Assembly: GCA_048886185.1 (NCBI GenBank)
Contig: JBHLKY010000027.1
Coordinates: forward strand, 1 to 32,000
Direction: 5' to 3'
Origin: Candidatus Hermodarchaeota archaeon
GTDB lineage: Archaea; Asgardarchaeota; Heimdallarchaeia; Hodarchaeales; Hodarchaeaceae
Length of the DNA: 32,000 nucleotides
The position numbers were made by a program, and so were the translations under genes. Under the pieces are notes generated by a model, which was not told the origin of the DNA, did no database searches, and saw only the letters and a program-made list of their open reading frames with translations. Below are positions 28,591 through 32,000 of this stretch, one piece after another; position 1 is the stretch's first letter; each line of letters opens with the position of its first letter.

Positions 28591-29208
28591 TTAATCAAAT
28601 CCAGGAAATTTCCGCAATTCCCTACCAAATTGTTGAGCATTTAGATAAAGTCGTAAATATTCCTCCAGTGCACGAGTCTTAATTGCAGCCTCCTCAAATG
28701 TTTCTCCCACAGCAACGACCCCATGATTTTCAAGAATCACTATACTAGCATCCCATAGCTTGTCAGCTACTGCTTCTCCAAGATCTTCTGACCCCGATTG
28801 CTCATAAGGCACTATTATAATTTCAGGAACCAGAAAACCTAATTCAGCAGTTAAGGGAGGAAATTCTGGAGGATTCTTAAGAACAGAAAGAGCAGTTGCA
28901 AGGGGAGCATGGCTATGGATAATTACTTTGAAATCTTCATCTTCTTTAAAGATACGTAGATGCATTGGCCACTCAATAGAAGGATTCATATCAGAATCAG
29001 ACGATACTTCTCCCTCCATTGACATCTTAATTAAATGCTTAGGTTCAACAATGTTTTTTTTCAATCCAGAAGGAGTAATCCAGAAAAATTCATCATTTTC
29101 TTCTGACCGAAAACTTAAATTCCCTCCTACATCTGTAAGAATTCGCTCCTTATATAATTCTTTCATAGTTTGACATAACTCAACTTTAATTTTTTCATCA
29201 ATAGTCAT
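28591..29208 (-). CDS. Class II aldolase/adducin family (FucA-like)
   Basis: GGNLS, ITPSG, PSIEWPMH (FucA-type catalytic Glu position), HSH, and NHG zinc ligands. Confidence 0.9.
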   Translation of the reverse strand: MTIDEKIKVELCQTMKELYKERILTDVGGNLSFRSEENDEFFWITPSGLKKNIVEPKHLIKMSMEGEVSSDSDMNPSIEWPMHLRIFKEDEDFKVIIHSHAPLATALSVLKNPPEFPPLTAELGFLVPEIIIVPYEQSGSEDLGEAVADKLWDASIVILENHGVVAVGETFEEAAIKTRALEEYLRLYLNAQQFGRELRKFPGFD

Positions 29209-29302
29209 TTCATGACATCCATTAGATGAATAATTAAGAATAAAAGAATAATTTGAAGTACTTAATTCTGATTTTTGAAAATGAAGACATGTAAACTTAT
29301 CA

Positions 29303-29641
29303 TTATTTCATTAATTTTTGCAGTTTCAGAAGATCGGGCATACTACCTTTTACTTTCAGCTTTTTACTGGTGTAGGCTTTCATTCCACCAATTTCACCAG
29401 CCATAATGCCTTTCCAAGTTACAGCATCAGTTGTAATTTTCACATGGACTTTACCTTCGGGAACCCCTTCTATTACATCACTGGGCACACCATTTTCAAT
29501 GTTTGTAAAGAAAGTTTTTCCTAAATCAGTGAATTCGAAAGCCATGGTTTTTGACCACTTTCGGAAAGTCTTTTGGGCATTTTCCGTGTTAAAATTCTCC
29601 AGCATCTTGTTTATTGAATCAATTGCATCCTGTTCTGACAT
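29303..29641 (-). CDS. SCP2 sterol/lipid-binding domain protein
   Basis: G......T..W..I..GE.....AY...KLKVKG.M..LLKL pattern of SCP2. Confidence 0.85.
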   Translation of the reverse strand: MSEQDAIDSINKMLENFNTENAQKTFRKWSKTMAFEFTDLGKTFFTNIENGVPSDVIEGVPEGKVHVKITTDAVTWKGIMAGEIGGMKAYTSKKLKVKGSMPDLLKLQKLMK

Positions 29642-29716
29642 TATTACTCACATAAGTACGTTGTTTAAGCAAGATTCGATTTTTCATCATTATCTAAAAG
29701 GATTTTCTTAATTCAA

Positions 29717-31654
29717 TTAAATTTCTATAATAAATTCTTCCAATCCTAAATCCTTCAAATGGTTACTATCTGGAATAGTAGTATATATATCCCATCTCAA
29801 AGCCTTTAGGAACTTCTCGAGGATTTTATCTTCTTCTTCAACTAAAGACACGTCTTGATTGGGGCCATCCTCCGCTTTTTCCATTATTCTTCGAGGTAGT
29901 TCAAATTCCAATGGATTAATCCCTTCACGAAGATTAAATAGGTGTTTTAATGTTAAAATCCTTTCTCCTGTTGTAATAAAATCTTCAATAGATAGATTCA
30001 ACCCTGTTACTAAGTTAACAAACTCTAGGACTGGGAAATTTCCAGTTAATAATCCAAATTGACATAATCCAACTGAAGAGATCGCTTGATGATAACAATA
30101 GAAATCTGGAATTCGGTTCTTTTTGTTTAAGGAAGGATACATCTTATGGAATTTAGATAAATCAATCATAACTTCTCCGAATGGTGTATGACGACCAGGA
30201 CAAGGATCAAGCTTATAGGGAATCAAATATGCTTTAGAAAAACGCGGATCATGCGCGGGGAGAGCTTGATTGTTAATATGAATTGCAAATTCCTCCACAC
30301 CAAATTCTTTAGCTACTTTACCTATTCCATTTGCTAATAGATCTCCTATACCCTCACGATTTGCAATTTTTTTAATCAATGGGAGAAGATCGTCAGAATT
30401 ACCCCAAGAAATATCTAGTCCATCTAAGTCAGTAATAATTCTTTTTTCTGTAGCTTCCATTAATAATCCAAGGAGAGAACCAACAGCAATGGTGTCTAAT
30501 CCTTGACGATTACAATAATCATTCATAGCATAAATTGATCCTAAATCGTCATTAAGTAAATTGGGGCCAAGCATCGCTAATGTTTCATATTCTGGTTTTT
30601 GTGTTTCTGACACATTAAAGCGTTCGTCTTTATATTCCATTATTCCTCCACAGGCCATGGGACATCTTTTACATCCATACTTTCGAACCCGATACTTTGT
30701 AACGTTATCAGTTGCTAATTTTGAGCTTTTTCTAAGCGGGAAGTCTTTATGACTCCCTTTCCAATTCTTTATAGGTGCATCTCCAGTCTCAACACATACT
30801 GCTGTTCCTGCTGCTGTTCCCCATCGCTTGTATGATTCAATCACCATGCTACTAGTACTCATTGACTCATAATTCTTAATCTTGAATCGACGAAGCCAAG
30901 GAGCAAATGTGGTTGATAATTTTAGACTAGGTTTTAAAAGAAAGTTTAAACTCTTCGATATCCACTTATTAACTGTAGTACGGAGCTCAAGAAGTCCATT
31001 AGGATCGAATTCGGGAATATCTTTTGTTCCTCTTACAACTACTGCCTTAAGATTCTTTGAACCCATTACAGCACCAAGACCACTTCTTGCTGCAACTCTA
31101 GCTTTATCTGTCACTATACCAGTGATCAAAACAATATTCTCCCCAGCTAACCCAATACTAGCTACCTGAACTTTTGATCCATACTTCTGTTTTAGTTCCT
31201 CCTCGGTTTCAACACAATCTAATCCTTTCAAATTTGGAGATGGAACTATCTCAATAGACTCATCAGTAATGTATAAAATAGAAAGATCTCTTGCTTTCCC
31301 TTTAATGAGCAGTAAATCAAATCCAGCTTGACGTAATTCAGGACCAAATCGCCCCCCTGAATTTGATTCCCCCCAAGTACCAGTTAATGGTGATTTTCCA
31401 GCAACAATATACCTTCCAGAGAAAGGTACTTTAGTTCCACTAAGAACACCAGTAATGAAACATAAAATGTTCTCAGGTCCTAATGGATCTGTATTAGAAG
31501 GCATATTTCGGAGAATATAATCAGTAGCAAACCCCTCACCTCCTAAGTACTTTTTGAATATTTCATCCTTGAATGAATGGGACTCCATGGTTACCGTAGA
31601 CTTTGATAGGTCTACGAGACCCACACAAATCGAATTATTGAAGTTGAAGTTCAA
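29717..31654 (-). CDS. aor: Tungsten-type aldehyde:ferredoxin oxidoreductase (AOR family)
   Basis: YLGGEG, KSPLTG, AARSGLGAVMGSKNLKAV, CKRCPMAC [4Fe-4S] motif, PEYET, GLDTI, GLCQF. TTG start preceded by a GGTGAG Shine-Dalgarno-like motif. Confidence 0.93.
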   Translation of the reverse strand: MNFNFNNSICVGLVDLSKSTVTMESHSFKDEIFKKYLGGEGFATDYILRNMPSNTDPLGPENILCFITGVLSGTKVPFSGRYIVAGKSPLTGTWGESNSGGRFGPELRQAGFDLLLIKGKARDLSILYITDESIEIVPSPNLKGLDCVETEEELKQKYGSKVQVASIGLAGENIVLITGIVTDKARVAARSGLGAVMGSKNLKAVVVRGTKDIPEFDPNGLLELRTTVNKWISKSLNFLLKPSLKLSTTFAPWLRRFKIKNYESMSTSSMVIESYKRWGTAAGTAVCVETGDAPIKNWKGSHKDFPLRKSSKLATDNVTKYRVRKYGCKRCPMACGGIMEYKDERFNVSETQKPEYETLAMLGPNLLNDDLGSIYAMNDYCNRQGLDTIAVGSLLGLLMEATEKRIITDLDGLDISWGNSDDLLPLIKKIANREGIGDLLANGIGKVAKEFGVEEFAIHINNQALPAHDPRFSKAYLIPYKLDPCPGRHTPFGEVMIDLSKFHKMYPSLNKKNRIPDFYCYHQAISSVGLCQFGLLTGNFPVLEFVNLVTGLNLSIEDFITTGERILTLKHLFNLREGINPLEFELPRRIMEKAEDGPNQDVSLVEEEDKILEKFLKALRWDIYTTIPDSNHLKDLGLEEFIIEI

Positions 31655-31790
31655 GTTCTCACCAGTTTCTTTAACATTAAGAATTATTCATTCTTAAAAG
31701 CAATTTATTAACTCTCCTTTTATATCAATCCTCTTTAATACGAGAAATGAAACAAGACAAAATATCACTCAATAGGTAGTTGGTACATTA

Positions 31791-32000
31791 ATGCTATCAT
31801 TAAAACTCATAGAAAAGTGTGCTGAAGAAAATCTTGAAAAATCTCTCGATGATTTATTTAAGCTTACAAGAATTCCTACCGTAACTGCAAAAGGAGGAGA
31901 ACATTCCTCAGATGCTTTAGTAGAATTACAGAGGATTTGTAATCAATTAGGCTTTAAATGCTCTATAATTAATACGAAAGGTGAACCCATTTTTATTGCG
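31791..32000 (+). CDS. 5' part of a probable M20/M25/M40 metallo-hydrolase (runs off the window; not in the ORF track)
   Basis: Read by hand: MLSLKLIEKCAEENLEKSLDDLFKLTRIPTVTAKGG...LGFKCSIINTKGEPIFIA, matching the 'L..L.RIP(S/T)V' N-terminus of M20 enzymes. Confidence 0.6.
   Translation, partial: MLSLKLIEKCAEENLEKSLDDLFKLTRIPTVTAKGGEHSSDALVELQRICNQLGFKCSIINTKGEPIFIA

Noticed and set aside
186-31169. Short ORFs nested in or antisense to long genes (e.g. 186-410, 1497-1733, 4930-5121, 5367-5564, 5959-6186, 8302-8499, 10882-11067, 12777-13089, 16786-17046, 17703-17951, 18168-18368, 19231-19425, 20747-21100, 24085-24273, 28243-28437, 28928-29173, 29318-29711, 29859-31169)
   Set aside because: Shadow frames of well-supported genes with no recognisable motifs.

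Overview
AT-rich, gene-dense prokaryotic window. It is most likely archaeal and plausibly Asgard (Heimdallarchaeia-like), an inference from protein style and GGTGA/GAGGT-type ribosome-binding sites. From the left: the 3' end of a 17-aa (51-bp) tandem-repeat protein and a Yip1-type membrane protein. Next is an ~11-kb putative defence/DNA-stress locus: an LRR protein fused to a TerB_C-like domain, then a translationally coupled operon of a 1149-aa protein (UVR motif, two TerB_N domains, TerB_C), a DUF2791/BrxD-type ATPase and TWO tandem Lhr-like SF2 helicases. The rest is metabolic: alpha/alpha-toroid protein, SplB-like radical SAM with a PolX-8kDa-like tail, iodotyrosine-deiodinase-like nitroreductase, UbiE/MenG methyltransferase, wHTH regulator, GNAT-fold protein, three aldo/keto reductases, VOC protein, MFS transporter, ThpR 2H-phosphodiesterase, PlsC-type acyltransferase, a minus-strand cluster (aldehyde:ferredoxin oxidoreductase, SCP2, class II aldolase, FGGY kinase, 2-hydroxyacid dehydrogenase) and the start of an M20-family hydrolase. 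No rRNA, tRNA, CRISPR array or transposase was seen. All family calls come from motif recognition by eye; no database search was run.
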